DNA of 54,052 bases, taken from the NCBI GenBank assembly GCA_025453925.1, contig JALOPK010000003.1:1-54052 (forward strand), written 5' to 3'. Each line of letters starts with the position of its first letter. The first letter of the stretch is position 1. Below are positions 18,833 through 27,681 of the stretch, one piece after another. Source of the DNA: Candidatus Eiseniibacteriota bacterium (lineage in GTDB: Bacteria > JAFGKV01). Below the pieces are notes generated by a model that saw only the letters and a program-made list of their open reading frames with translations, did not search any database and was not told where the DNA came from. The position numbers and the translations under genes were made by a program.

Positions 18833-19714
18833 CTACACCACGCCGTGTTCCTCGGCCTCCAGGAGGCGTTCCCGGAAGTTCCCTTCAGTCTCAAGGGTCG
18901 TGAGTTCGAAACAGTTGGAGACCTTCCAGTAACGCGTCTCGAGCCTCTGGCGAAACGGGCCAAGGCTCCGGGTAACCATTTCGGGGAGACCGTCTGCCCA
19001 GGGCATGCGGGCTCCGTCGTGCTCCAGGGCATCCAGCTCGGCCTGGACGGCCGCCCGCCATGTTTCGTCCCGTGGCCTGCCGACAGTGTCCCCTTGGGCG
19101 AGGCTACGCCGCAGCATGCCCATGTAGGTGGTCCGGTAAACGCCAGGCAGGTCACCGGAGTGAGCCCCATCCGAGAACGACATCGTGTGTCCTTGACCGT
19201 CCGTCTGTACGGAGACGCCCCGCAGGCAGTCCCCCGGTGAGCGGCCGAGCCAACCGTAGTAGACGGTCGCATACAGGTAGTAGTACTCGCCGAAACCCAT
19301 CTCCGCATCGAGCAGTGCCCGATTCCGTGTCTCGATCAGCCTCCCCAGCGTGGATACGGCCTTGACGCCGCCTCTGATCATGTTCAGACCCTCGAGGAAG
19401 CCCTTGGGCCCTCGTGGTGGCGGGAAACTCGTGTCGTGATCGCCCCACCTCTCCATGATGGCGGCCATCGCGTCTCTGACCTCCGCAAAGGCCTCCATCC
19501 GATCAGACGGGATCGCGCCATACCGGGGCGTATGGTCTTCGACGGTGCCGAAACGCCGAGCCACCTCATCCTGGAGATCGGCGATCTGCTTGACTTCGCG
19601 TACCGCCCCCCGCGCGAGGAGGAAGCCGCCCACACCCAGTGAGGCGGCTCCGATGATGATGATGAGACATCCTATGCCGCACCCGGCAGCGACTTTCCAC
19701 GCAGTTCCCGCCAC
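18833..19714 (-). CDS. Hypothetical single-pass membrane protein
   Basis: N-terminal TM CGIGCLIIIIGAASLGVGGFLLA followed by a soluble domain with protein-like composition. No family recognised. Confidence 0.5.
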   Translation of the reverse strand: MAGTAWKVAAGCGIGCLIIIIGAASLGVGGFLLARGAVREVKQIADLQDEVARRFGTVEDHTPRYGAIPSDRMEAFAEVRDAMAAIMERWGDHDTSFPPPRGPKGFLEGLNMIRGGVKAVSTLGRLIETRNRALLDAEMGFGEYYYLYATVYYGWLGRSPGDCLRGVSVQTDGQGHTMSFSDGAHSGDLPGVYRTTYMGMLRRSLAQGDTVGRPRDETWRAAVQAELDALEHDGARMPWADGLPEMVTRSLGPFRQRLETRYWKVSNCFELTTLETEGNFRERLLEAEEHGVV

Positions 19715-20079
19715 GTGTACCTCCGTTCTGGCGTGCGCCCTCCAAGACCCCGCGAAAACCTACCGAAAATACTCCCTGGTCGGCAGGAACTCATCCTCGC
19801 GAAAGCGTCTCCGTCCTGTCCCGCCATTTCGGACATCCGCGCGCTGCCGCCGAGACCCTGAAGGGCACGGGGACTGTGGCGAGGAGGAAGCCGCCAGTGG
19901 GAGACCGAGGCGCGCTCCCACGCACTCGGTCACATACGGAGCACGGAGCGCGCCGGATGGGTTCGGCAGCCGAACGATGGGAGAGGTCGGCTACTCATTG
20001 CGATCTCACGCCGGTCCGGCGAGGCGACTGCGCCTGGCGAGTTGCAGGCCAGGTACTGCCGCATCAATACTGAGAGCCA

Positions 20080-20541
20080 TCAGGGTCGAAAAGCAGACCG
20101 TGAAGTCTTGTGCCAGCCGGTCACTACCGTGGGCAAGAGGCGCAGGATGGTGTGATCCGGGTCGTCGGGTCGGCCCGGGTAGTAGCACTCCCATCCCGCC
20201 TTCCAGAGGGCTCTTCTCAGCCAGGAGTCGTCGACGATCTGAAGGTCGCCACCGAGCATCACGCCATGGAAGCGGGCGGGATCGCAGTAGTAGGCGGAGG
20301 CGCGGGGATCGGCCTTCAGCTCTAAGATCTTCCCCGATGAAGTAGTGGTAGTGAAGTAGACCATGAGGTCCGCTTCGTGACCGGCAAAGAGACGAGCCTG
20401 ATCAGGGTACTGGCGTCGGTTACGGAGATTGAGCATGGCTCGGGTGTGGGGATAGCCGCCGGAGCCACAGGTGGTCAGATACACGGCCGGAGCGCGTTCC
20501 ATGAGTCTGGGATACGCACTGTGCAGACTCGCGAGATCCAT
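20080..20541 (-). CDS. Pyridoxamine 5'-phosphate oxidase family protein (general stress protein 26-like)
   Basis: VYLTTCGSGGYPHTRAM...MVYFTTTTSSGKILELKADPRASAYY...GVMLGGDLQIVDD...W matches the PNPOx-like split-barrel pattern. Start is taken at ATG 20541. Confidence 0.75.
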   Translation of the reverse strand: MDLASLHSAYPRLMERAPAVYLTTCGSGGYPHTRAMLNLRNRRQYPDQARLFAGHEADLMVYFTTTTSSGKILELKADPRASAYYCDPARFHGVMLGGDLQIVDDSWLRRALWKAGWECYYPGRPDDPDHTILRLLPTVVTGWHKTSRSAFRP

Positions 20542-20814
20542 GGCATGCCTCCTTGCACGCACGCACGTGCTTGTGTTCATCGGACGACCCGTTGGAGTCG
20601 AGATGGTAAGGTCCCGGGCCGATCCTGTCACCGCACCGCGGCTCCTCGGGGGGAATCGGCGAGCATCGAGTCAGGGACGGCCTTGCGGTGGTGCCTGATG
20701 GGGAGGCCGGGACGCCCGTTCCCTCCGGCTGTGCGTTGCAGTCAATCGACCGGTCTCACGCGTGGCCGCAGACACCGTCACCGCCACAGGTTGTCAGGCT
20801 CTTCCTGATTCTGC

Positions 20815-20843
20815 TTGTGCCCGGAGTAGGTGTGACCTATATT
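20815..20843 (+). promoter_or_regulatory. Candidate sigma70-type promoter for the RRM gene (-35 TTGTGC, 17-nt spacer, -10 TATATT)
   Basis: Read directly in a locally AT-rich patch about 175 nt upstream of ATG 21019. Lineage-specific promoter rules are unknown. Confidence 0.3.
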
Positions 20844-21018
20844 ACGTCCTCTTCATTTATCAGTATGCAGGGGAGTCTAGGAGTCCGGTATGCGTCCCGC
20901 CGACAGAACTGCCTCGGGAAACCAAGCCAGCCAAGTCCGAAGGGTGATCGCCGGAGCCATGGCGGACATTGGGTCCGCACAATCATCGCACCACGTGGAG
21001 GGTGCAGGAGGATTCTTC

Positions 21019-21339
21019 ATGGCGAAGAAGCTTTTTGTCGGAGGGTTGAGCTGGAACACTACTGAGGAAGCTCTCAGGAAGGCGTTCGAGACATTCGGGA
21101 CGGTCACTGAGGCGAAGACCATCGTTGACCGCGAAACCGGCCGCTCCCGCGGCTTCGGCTTCGTGACGTTTGCCGAGAGCGAAGCGGCAGACGCTGCGGT
21201 CCTGAAGATGAACGGCGGCCAGCTTGATGGGCGAACGATCCGCGTGAACGAGGCCAACGAGCCCGAGCCACGCGGTGGCGGTGATCGCCGCGGTGGTCGG
21301 CGGGAATTCGGTGGTGGCGGAGAACGCCGCCGCTGGTAG
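21019..21339 (+). CDS. RRM-type RNA-binding protein with Arg/Gly-rich tail
   Basis: KLFVGGLSW (RNP2) and RGFGFVTF (RNP1), with C-terminal RGGGDRRGGRREFGGGGERRRW. AGGAG lies 8 nt before the ATG. Confidence 0.9.
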   Translation: MAKKLFVGGLSWNTTEEALRKAFETFGTVTEAKTIVDRETGRSRGFGFVTFAESEAADAAVLKMNGGQLDGRTIRVNEANEPEPRGGGDRRGGRREFGGGGERRRW

Positions 21340-21361
21340 TCTTTAGCTGAACGCTCCGTGG

Positions 21362-21387
21362 GGCGCCGGCCATGTGGCCGGCGTTTT
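21362..21387 (+). terminator. Rho-independent terminator after the RRM gene
   Basis: CGCCGGCC atgt GGCCGGCG followed by TTTT, about 25 nt after the stop codon. Confidence 0.7.
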
Positions 21388-21659
21388 GAGCACCGAGACC
21401 CTTCGTTGCCCGATATCTGCCGCCGGAACGGGTCTCCCGGGTATGACCGAGGCCCGTTCCGCACGCCGCTGGGCAAAAGTGAAGCGGATCGATCGCGGCC
21501 TCCCGGTCGCGTTCAGTCGCGCGAATCGGGGACTGATGAACCGGGAGACCGGGGAGTTCCTGGACACCCTGCACGGCCAGGGGATGACGGATACCCGCCG
21601 TGGTACTCAACGTGAAGGCCGACGATGCGGCCACCGGGCGCGATGCAGAGGAGGGGGCT

Positions 21660-23459
21660 CTACCCTACGGCGATCTCTCCGTAGGCCGCTGGCTGGATGA
21701 GTTTGAGGCGTTCCAGCACCTCCGGGTGTATCTCGCCCATCTCACCCACGGCCTCCCCTGAGTCATTCAGAATCCCCGCGGCTCGCCCCTCGATGTAGTA
21801 GGGCCGGGAGAGCGGCTTCACGCACAGGCCGTGGCCGGTCTCCCGCACCAGAGCTTCCATGACGGATCTGATGTCGGCGAACCCGATAGCGGGGCCCGCA
21901 AGGGCGATCCCTGCGCGCAGTGATTGCCGAACCCCCGTCTCCTCCGCCGCATCCACTCGCAGAACATGCCCCACCTCGAACAGGCGATGGGGCATTTCTC
22001 GCGAGGTGTTCCGGGACACCGTCTCCATGAGCCCCGGCATCAGCCACGTTCGTCCCAACGTCTGTTCCTGGCTGATGGGATTGGCGATAAGCACTGCATC
22101 TTCGGGCGTCGGGAGACCGAACGCGGCATAGTGGGTCTCTTCGGAACCAAGCAGGAGCGTCATCACTTCGGTGAGCCCGAGGCCGGTCAGGATCCCCCGA
22201 TACTCCGCAGCCAGCCCCTCCTCGGGATGAGGCTGGCCCACGGTCATGGTGGGCACCAGCGTGGGCCAGATCCGGTCATACCCGAACGCGATGGCCAGTT
22301 CTTCCATCAGGTCGCGCTGATGGAGGAAGTCGGGTCGATAGGCCGGGATGAGTACCTGGAGCCTCGAGCGCCCCGCGGGTTCGGCATGGTGTCCCATGCG
22401 GGACAGGAGCCCCGGGGCTTCCTCATCGGAGACGCCGATTCCCAGGAGTTTCCGTGCGGCATCCAAATCCATCACCATCTCCTGCGGCATCAAGTCGGGA
22501 GTCATGAGATGGGTGCCATCCTGATGCACCAGTTCGACCTGTTCTCCCCGGGCGCCGGGTGAGAACTCCAGGATGCTGGTGAGGATGACGTTCAGGCACC
22601 GCGAGACGATCTCAATGCGAGGACCGGTCACATCGATGAACACATCGCGTGTGGTAGTGGTGACTTTGGTCTCTTCGCTGTTGATGATGGGCGGCATGGA
22701 CAGAACCTGGCCGCGATCGTCGATGAGTAGTGGGTACCGGACGAAGCCCTCCAGCAGGTGGGCGAACGCGCGGCCCTTGGGATGCTCGCGGAGAATTCGT
22801 CCAGGGGTGGCCGCATCCTGCCACCCGAGCGGCCGGAACACCAGTTCCTCAGGTTCCACAGGGCGATAGGCCACGCCCGCGGAGATGGTCGAGAGGTCGT
22901 AGGTGCCGATGGAGGCACGACGCCGGTCGCGCCCGAGCGCCCAGTGGAGATTCTCCTGCAGTCTCATGACTTCCTTCAGAAGGTCGTCGTCGAACTGAAC
23001 TCCCCGGATCACGGCGCACCCGATGGCGGGCCTGGAGCATCCCGGGACATCCATGCCCGGATGGACAGTGACCCGCATCCGGGGAGGATCCAGATGATAG
23101 GTGGAAAGGCCCGGGGAGATTCCCAGGTAGGCCCGAAGCGCCCGGGCCAGCCCTCCCACATCGAACATGTCGGGGCGAACAGCCAGGAGCTCCAGCCGCA
23201 ACACCTCCACGGGCGGCAATGGCATGACGGCTTCGGAGGTGGCGAAATCTGCGAGGCAGTTGTCACAGTAACCCGGATCGGCTTCGGTCTGCGTCCGCTC
23301 AAGAACGAACCCGCACACGCGGCACTTGAAGCGCCGCAGGGTTCCGAACCCCTCGATGTCGCACCCCATTCGCTGGAGTCCACGCACCATTTCGTGGACT
23401 TCAACGGGGCTTCCCAGAAGGCGCCTCAACCGGTCGATGGGGATCCCGACTACCGGCAT
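21660..23459 (-). CDS. pheT: Phenylalanine--tRNA ligase beta subunit, archaeal/eukaryal type
   Basis: It is 599 aa, whereas bacterial PheT is ~800 aa. B3/4-B5-like middle and class-II-like C-terminus ending GEIHPEVLERLKL. It overlaps the pheS stop by 10 nt. Confidence 0.9.
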   Translation of the reverse strand: MPVVGIPIDRLRRLLGSPVEVHEMVRGLQRMGCDIEGFGTLRRFKCRVCGFVLERTQTEADPGYCDNCLADFATSEAVMPLPPVEVLRLELLAVRPDMFDVGGLARALRAYLGISPGLSTYHLDPPRMRVTVHPGMDVPGCSRPAIGCAVIRGVQFDDDLLKEVMRLQENLHWALGRDRRRASIGTYDLSTISAGVAYRPVEPEELVFRPLGWQDAATPGRILREHPKGRAFAHLLEGFVRYPLLIDDRGQVLSMPPIINSEETKVTTTTRDVFIDVTGPRIEIVSRCLNVILTSILEFSPGARGEQVELVHQDGTHLMTPDLMPQEMVMDLDAARKLLGIGVSDEEAPGLLSRMGHHAEPAGRSRLQVLIPAYRPDFLHQRDLMEELAIAFGYDRIWPTLVPTMTVGQPHPEEGLAAEYRGILTGLGLTEVMTLLLGSEETHYAAFGLPTPEDAVLIANPISQEQTLGRTWLMPGLMETVSRNTSREMPHRLFEVGHVLRVDAAEETGVRQSLRAGIALAGPAIGFADIRSVMEALVRETGHGLCVKPLSRPYYIEGRAAGILNDSGEAVGEMGEIHPEVLERLKLIQPAAYGEIAVG

Positions 23460-24988
23460 AGCGGCACCTCCCTGAGCCAGGCAAGATCCGAGAGATAGAG
23501 ATCGCGGATGGACTCCAGCCCGTAGCGAAACATCGCCAGCCGCTCCAAGCCGAGGCCCCAGGCCAAAACGGGGACGGAGCAGCCGAAGGGCTTTGTCACT
23601 TCTTCACGGAACACGCCGGCACCGCCCATTTCGACCCAGTCCTTCTTTGCCTCATGCCACACGAACACCTCTACGCTGGGTTCGGTGTAAGGGAAGAATC
23701 CGGGACGGAACTCGAAACGCTCGAACCCCATCTTGCGATAGAACGCGTCAAGGGTGCCCAGCAGCGAGGCGAAGGAGGCGTGTTCGTCGATGATGATGCC
23801 GTCTACCTGGTAGAAGAGCGGCAGGTGCTTGTAGTCGACCGCCTCCCTCCGGAACACGGTCCCCACCAGAAAAATCTTGCGGGGCGGCCGGGGGTTGTCC
23901 GCCAAGGCGCGGATCGTACCAGCGGTCGTATGGGTCCTCAGGACCACTCGTTCGGCGATGGCCCGATTCCACCGGTAGTCCCATCCGATGGACCCGGTGT
24001 CCCCGCCGTCCTCATGGGTACGCTGCACCCGGCGGACGACTTCCGCCGATGGGAGCGACGCCCGTTCCGGGCGCTGCACGTAGAAAGTGTCCTGCATTTC
24101 CCGGGCGGGATGGTCTTGCGGTTGGAAGAGCGCATCGAAGTCCCAGAAGGCACTTTCCACCAGCGGGGATGTCACCTCGGTGAATCCGAGGTCCAGGAAC
24201 ACCCTCCTCGTGTCACCGAGCACTCTGCGGAGCGGATGTTCCTTGCCGGGAAAGAGCCGTCTGCTGGCCAGGCCGACATCGTAGGGCCGGAAATCGACGC
24301 CGCGCCACGACCCATCCTTGAGCAGACCGGTATCCAGCGCGGTCACGGTCTGCCGCACCACCATGTCTTCTTCACGAAGCGCGCGACCTTGCTCCGTCAA
24401 TCTGGCCCACCACCGGCGACGTTCCTTGGTCGTGATGATGCCGCCGCGGCCCTCCAGCTCGGCCAGCGCGCGGTCCACGTCGATCCCAACTGCCGACAGC
24501 GCCGGACGCATGCCCGACCCGCCTCCCGCCAGGTGGGCCACAAGTCTCTCATGCTCCATCAGCTCCGGCGTCTGCCCCTGCGCCAACACGCCTCGCGCGA
24601 CGAGATCGCCTCCTTCGCGGACGGCAAATCCCTTGCTCTCCAATGGTTTCAGCGCGCGGCCCGCATCTTTCTGTGCCAGACCGGTCGCCGCCTCCAGATC
24701 GCGCAGCGCGATCCGGCCCCGGGCTGCCAGGGCGACCATGACCACCCGTTCGGGCAACATGCCCGAGGGAAGGCCCTTGCCCTTCGGCCCGAGCTGATAT
24801 TCCGTTACTGTTTCCTCACGCAGGCCCACAATCCCCAGGTCCGCGAGGACGCGCAACGTGCCGGCCACGTGGGGATGAGGCTCACCGACGGCCACGGCGA
24901 GTTCGTCGACTTCCGTGTCGTTGGGTCGGGCCCGGAGCGCCCCGATGATTTTCGCCTCGACGGCAGTGTAGCTTCTGGGCTCCGACAT
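23450..24988 (-). CDS. pheS: Phenylalanine--tRNA ligase alpha subunit, archaeal/eukaryal long form
   Basis: It is 512 aa with N-terminal winged-helix-like repeats. Class II core motifs FQPQDHPAREMQDTFY, RTHTT, GTVFRRE and FFPYTEPS. Confidence 0.9.
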   Translation of the reverse strand: MSEPRSYTAVEAKIIGALRARPNDTEVDELAVAVGEPHPHVAGTLRVLADLGIVGLREETVTEYQLGPKGKGLPSGMLPERVVMVALAARGRIALRDLEAATGLAQKDAGRALKPLESKGFAVREGGDLVARGVLAQGQTPELMEHERLVAHLAGGGSGMRPALSAVGIDVDRALAELEGRGGIITTKERRRWWARLTEQGRALREEDMVVRQTVTALDTGLLKDGSWRGVDFRPYDVGLASRRLFPGKEHPLRRVLGDTRRVFLDLGFTEVTSPLVESAFWDFDALFQPQDHPAREMQDTFYVQRPERASLPSAEVVRRVQRTHEDGGDTGSIGWDYRWNRAIAERVVLRTHTTAGTIRALADNPRPPRKIFLVGTVFRREAVDYKHLPLFYQVDGIIIDEHASFASLLGTLDAFYRKMGFERFEFRPGFFPYTEPSVEVFVWHEAKKDWVEMGGAGVFREEVTKPFGCSVPVLAWGLGLERLAMFRYGLESIRDLYLSDLAWLREVPLCR

Positions 24989-25092
24989 AGGTCCTCCTGG
25001 GATCCCGAGTAACCCCGCGCGACTCCGCAGGGAGCAATCAAATCAGGGGCCGTGTTCGGCCGAGTCAAGCAACCGCCCGAACGGGGCGGGTC

Positions 25093-26430
25093 TCACGCCG
25101 GTGCCGACCGCCGCCACGCCGTGAGTTCCCGGGCGGCGATCTGCATGCTGTCCTCCAGCGAATCGTCCATGTTGTTGTACCAGAACTTCCCGCACCGGCC
25201 AGCCAAAACCAGAGCAGGGAATGCCGCCAAGTCACCCATCACGCGCTTCAGTGCATCCTGGTAGCGCAATTCGTACACGGGATATGCGTAGGGGATGCGC
25301 GCATGGTGCACGGCCCGCACATCCTCGTGACGGCACACGCCGGCTTCGTGCAAATCGCGGATCACGAGTTCCTCCCAACGATCCCACTGCACCGAGCCGC
25401 CTTCGGGCACAGTGACTTCGGCGACGATGCTGCCGGCGTCCCGGGGCACCAGCCCGGGGTCGAAGCTGCGCGGATATGAGGTGCGGCTGATCAACAGTTC
25501 GGGCGAGGAAAAATACGTCCACTGATTACCGTCATCACACACCCGACGGGCCTCGATGAGGAAGAGGGCCAGGGTCAAGTGCTTCAGATGGGGGCCCCGC
25601 CCGACGAGCGAATCATGGGCCTCGGTAATGGGTGCGGTCCAGAACACCCGGTCGGCCCGATGCGCGGCATCCGGCGTTTCGACGATCAGGGTTCCGCCCT
25701 GGCCGGCGACCAGGCGCGCGGGGGTGTTCACGTGGATACGCCCGCCCTGTCGCTGAACGCGCGCGGCCAGCGCCTCATGGAAGCGGTCCATGCCGCCCAG
25801 GGGATAGAGAAATCTCGTGACCGCCCGCTTCGGCAGCAGCGCCATCCGCGCGACTGCGAGCAGCGACCCCTGGTCGAATCGCTTGTCGATAATCGCCCGG
25901 TGAATGCTCCCCTGTGCCCATGCCTCGTGCATCTGCTCTGGATCTTCATGACAGAATTTCCGGGTGTAGTCGCGGAAGAAGACTTGGTAGAGCGTTTTGC
26001 CGTAGCGACTGAGTATGTAGGAACTGAAGCTTGTCCCATCGAAACGGGGCTTCCTGAAGAGATCCACCAGACAGCGGGCGAGTACCAGCGGCGGCAAACG
26101 AAAGACCGATGAGGTCTGCAGCGGCCACGGGTGCAGTCTGCCGAGGAAGTAGACGCTGGACTTGCGGCCGATGGTCCGGTATGCACGGCCCAGGATCTCA
26201 TGGAGGTAGTTCTCGACGCTGGGGGAGTATGTATGGAATCTCTTGGGCCCGATGTCGAACACGAAGTCGCCGTGCACCAGCGACCGCGCCAGCCCTCCGA
26301 CCTTCTCTTCCTTCTCCAGGATGGTGACGCGAATCCCGGCGGCACTCAGCTTGTCCGCCAGGCAGAGGCCCGCTACGCCTCCGCCGACCACGATGGCGGA
26401 GGGAGAGGGGTGATCAATGCGCGCGGGCAC
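25093..26430 (-). CDS. FAD/NAD(P)-binding oxidoreductase (HemY / amine-oxidase / UDP-galactopyranose-mutase-like)
   Basis: Rossmann motif IVVGGGVAGLCLADKLSAAGIRVTILEKEEKVGGLA. Start is placed at GTG 26430, just before this motif; the long N-terminal extension in the track overlaps the upstream gene. Confidence 0.75.
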   Translation of the reverse strand: MPARIDHPSPSAIVVGGGVAGLCLADKLSAAGIRVTILEKEEKVGGLARSLVHGDFVFDIGPKRFHTYSPSVENYLHEILGRAYRTIGRKSSVYFLGRLHPWPLQTSSVFRLPPLVLARCLVDLFRKPRFDGTSFSSYILSRYGKTLYQVFFRDYTRKFCHEDPEQMHEAWAQGSIHRAIIDKRFDQGSLLAVARMALLPKRAVTRFLYPLGGMDRFHEALAARVQRQGGRIHVNTPARLVAGQGGTLIVETPDAAHRADRVFWTAPITEAHDSLVGRGPHLKHLTLALFLIEARRVCDDGNQWTYFSSPELLISRTSYPRSFDPGLVPRDAGSIVAEVTVPEGGSVQWDRWEELVIRDLHEAGVCRHEDVRAVHHARIPYAYPVYELRYQDALKRVMGDLAAFPALVLAGRCGKFWYNNMDDSLEDSMQIAARELTAWRRSAPA

Positions 26431-27451
26431 GTTGCCTTCCTGTGTACCACATGGCCGCCAGCCAGTCCCACATGACCCCGGGATCGAGGTCGTACAGACA
26501 GTTGTACTCCGTGAAACACGCGGCATCGCACGACCGGCAGTCCACGTGTGCCCCCGCGAACCGGAATGCCGGGAGAAACCCGACCTCCAGCGCGTTCTTC
26601 GATGGCCGCTCCCCGATGAGCAGGGAGCAGGGATAGACGGAACCGTCAGCATCCACGTTGCAGTAGAGCCGACCCGCCCAGCACCGCATCCCGCCACGAG
26701 CCGACCGTCGCCTGGGAACAGCATAGTCGGGCCAGTGAAGCAGGTACCGCAGGTACCGGGTCGAGCTGGCGATGGGCGCGCCGCGGCGCTTGAGTGTCAG
26801 CAGGCGCTCCACCACCTCGCGGTAGTCATCATCGGTGGCCCGCATCGAATCGGTGGAGCCGCCCATCATGTCATTGTGGTGGAGAAACTGGAAGGCGGCC
26901 ATGCCACCGAAGCGACGCGCGTTGTCGATGAGGTAGTCGACAGCGTCGAGGTTGTGCCGGGTGAACACCGAAAGCGTCCATACGCTGACCAGGCCCCGGG
27001 TCGCTTCCAGTGCAGCCATCGCATGATCGAACGATCCTTCCTGGCGGTTTGTGTCGTGGGACTCGCGTGGGCCGTCCAGAGAGATGACGAGATGGTCGAG
27101 CATTCTCACCACGTCAAGCTTCCCCGGCACCATGGTTCCATTGGTATCCATGCTGATCCAGAAGCCGAGTCTGCGGGCGGCCGCGACGATCTCGCCAATG
27201 TCCGGCCGAACCAGCGGTTCGCCGCCCCAGATGCCCAGGCGCACCACTCCCGCCTCCTTCATCTCGCCGAGAAGACTGACGACTTGCGCCGTCGTCATCT
27301 CCTCCTGGCGCCGGGCCGGTATCTGGCAATAGCGGCACCGCTGATCGCACCTGTTGGTCACGGCAAGCATGACGTTCAGTGGCCTGGCGCCGCCGAGCGC
27401 GTTGGCCCTCAAGGCGGCCGTGCCCATGGCGAAAGCGGTGGTCGGCTTCAC
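26414..27451 (-). CDS. Radical SAM protein with SPASM/twitch-like C-terminal Cys cluster
   Basis: VTNRCDQRCRYCQIP (CxxxCxxC), GGEPL, and C-terminal CWAGRLYCNVDADGSVYPC...CRSCDAACFTEYNC. GTG start with GGAG 7 nt upstream. Confidence 0.85.
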   Translation of the reverse strand: MKPTTAFAMGTAALRANALGGARPLNVMLAVTNRCDQRCRYCQIPARRQEEMTTAQVVSLLGEMKEAGVVRLGIWGGEPLVRPDIGEIVAAARRLGFWISMDTNGTMVPGKLDVVRMLDHLVISLDGPRESHDTNRQEGSFDHAMAALEATRGLVSVWTLSVFTRHNLDAVDYLIDNARRFGGMAAFQFLHHNDMMGGSTDSMRATDDDYREVVERLLTLKRRGAPIASSTRYLRYLLHWPDYAVPRRRSARGGMRCWAGRLYCNVDADGSVYPCSLLIGERPSKNALEVGFLPAFRFAGAHVDCRSCDAACFTEYNCLYDLDPGVMWDWLAAMWYTGRQRARAH

Positions 27452-27681
27452 GGTTGCTCCATCCGAGTATGGGTGCGCACAGGCCCGATTCAGCGGACTG
27501 CGGCCGGACGCTCGCCGCAGCGATGGGGCGGAAACGGCATGAGGCGGATAAGTTAGGCGACCACGTGCAGGATGAAAGGCCGTCGCGAGGGGCGATCTGA
27601 GTCGCGGCTTGACCTCGCCGGGTATCTACCATAGCTATGGTCCTGCCGTATCAACCTGGCACTTCGTGAAAGGGGATCCCC

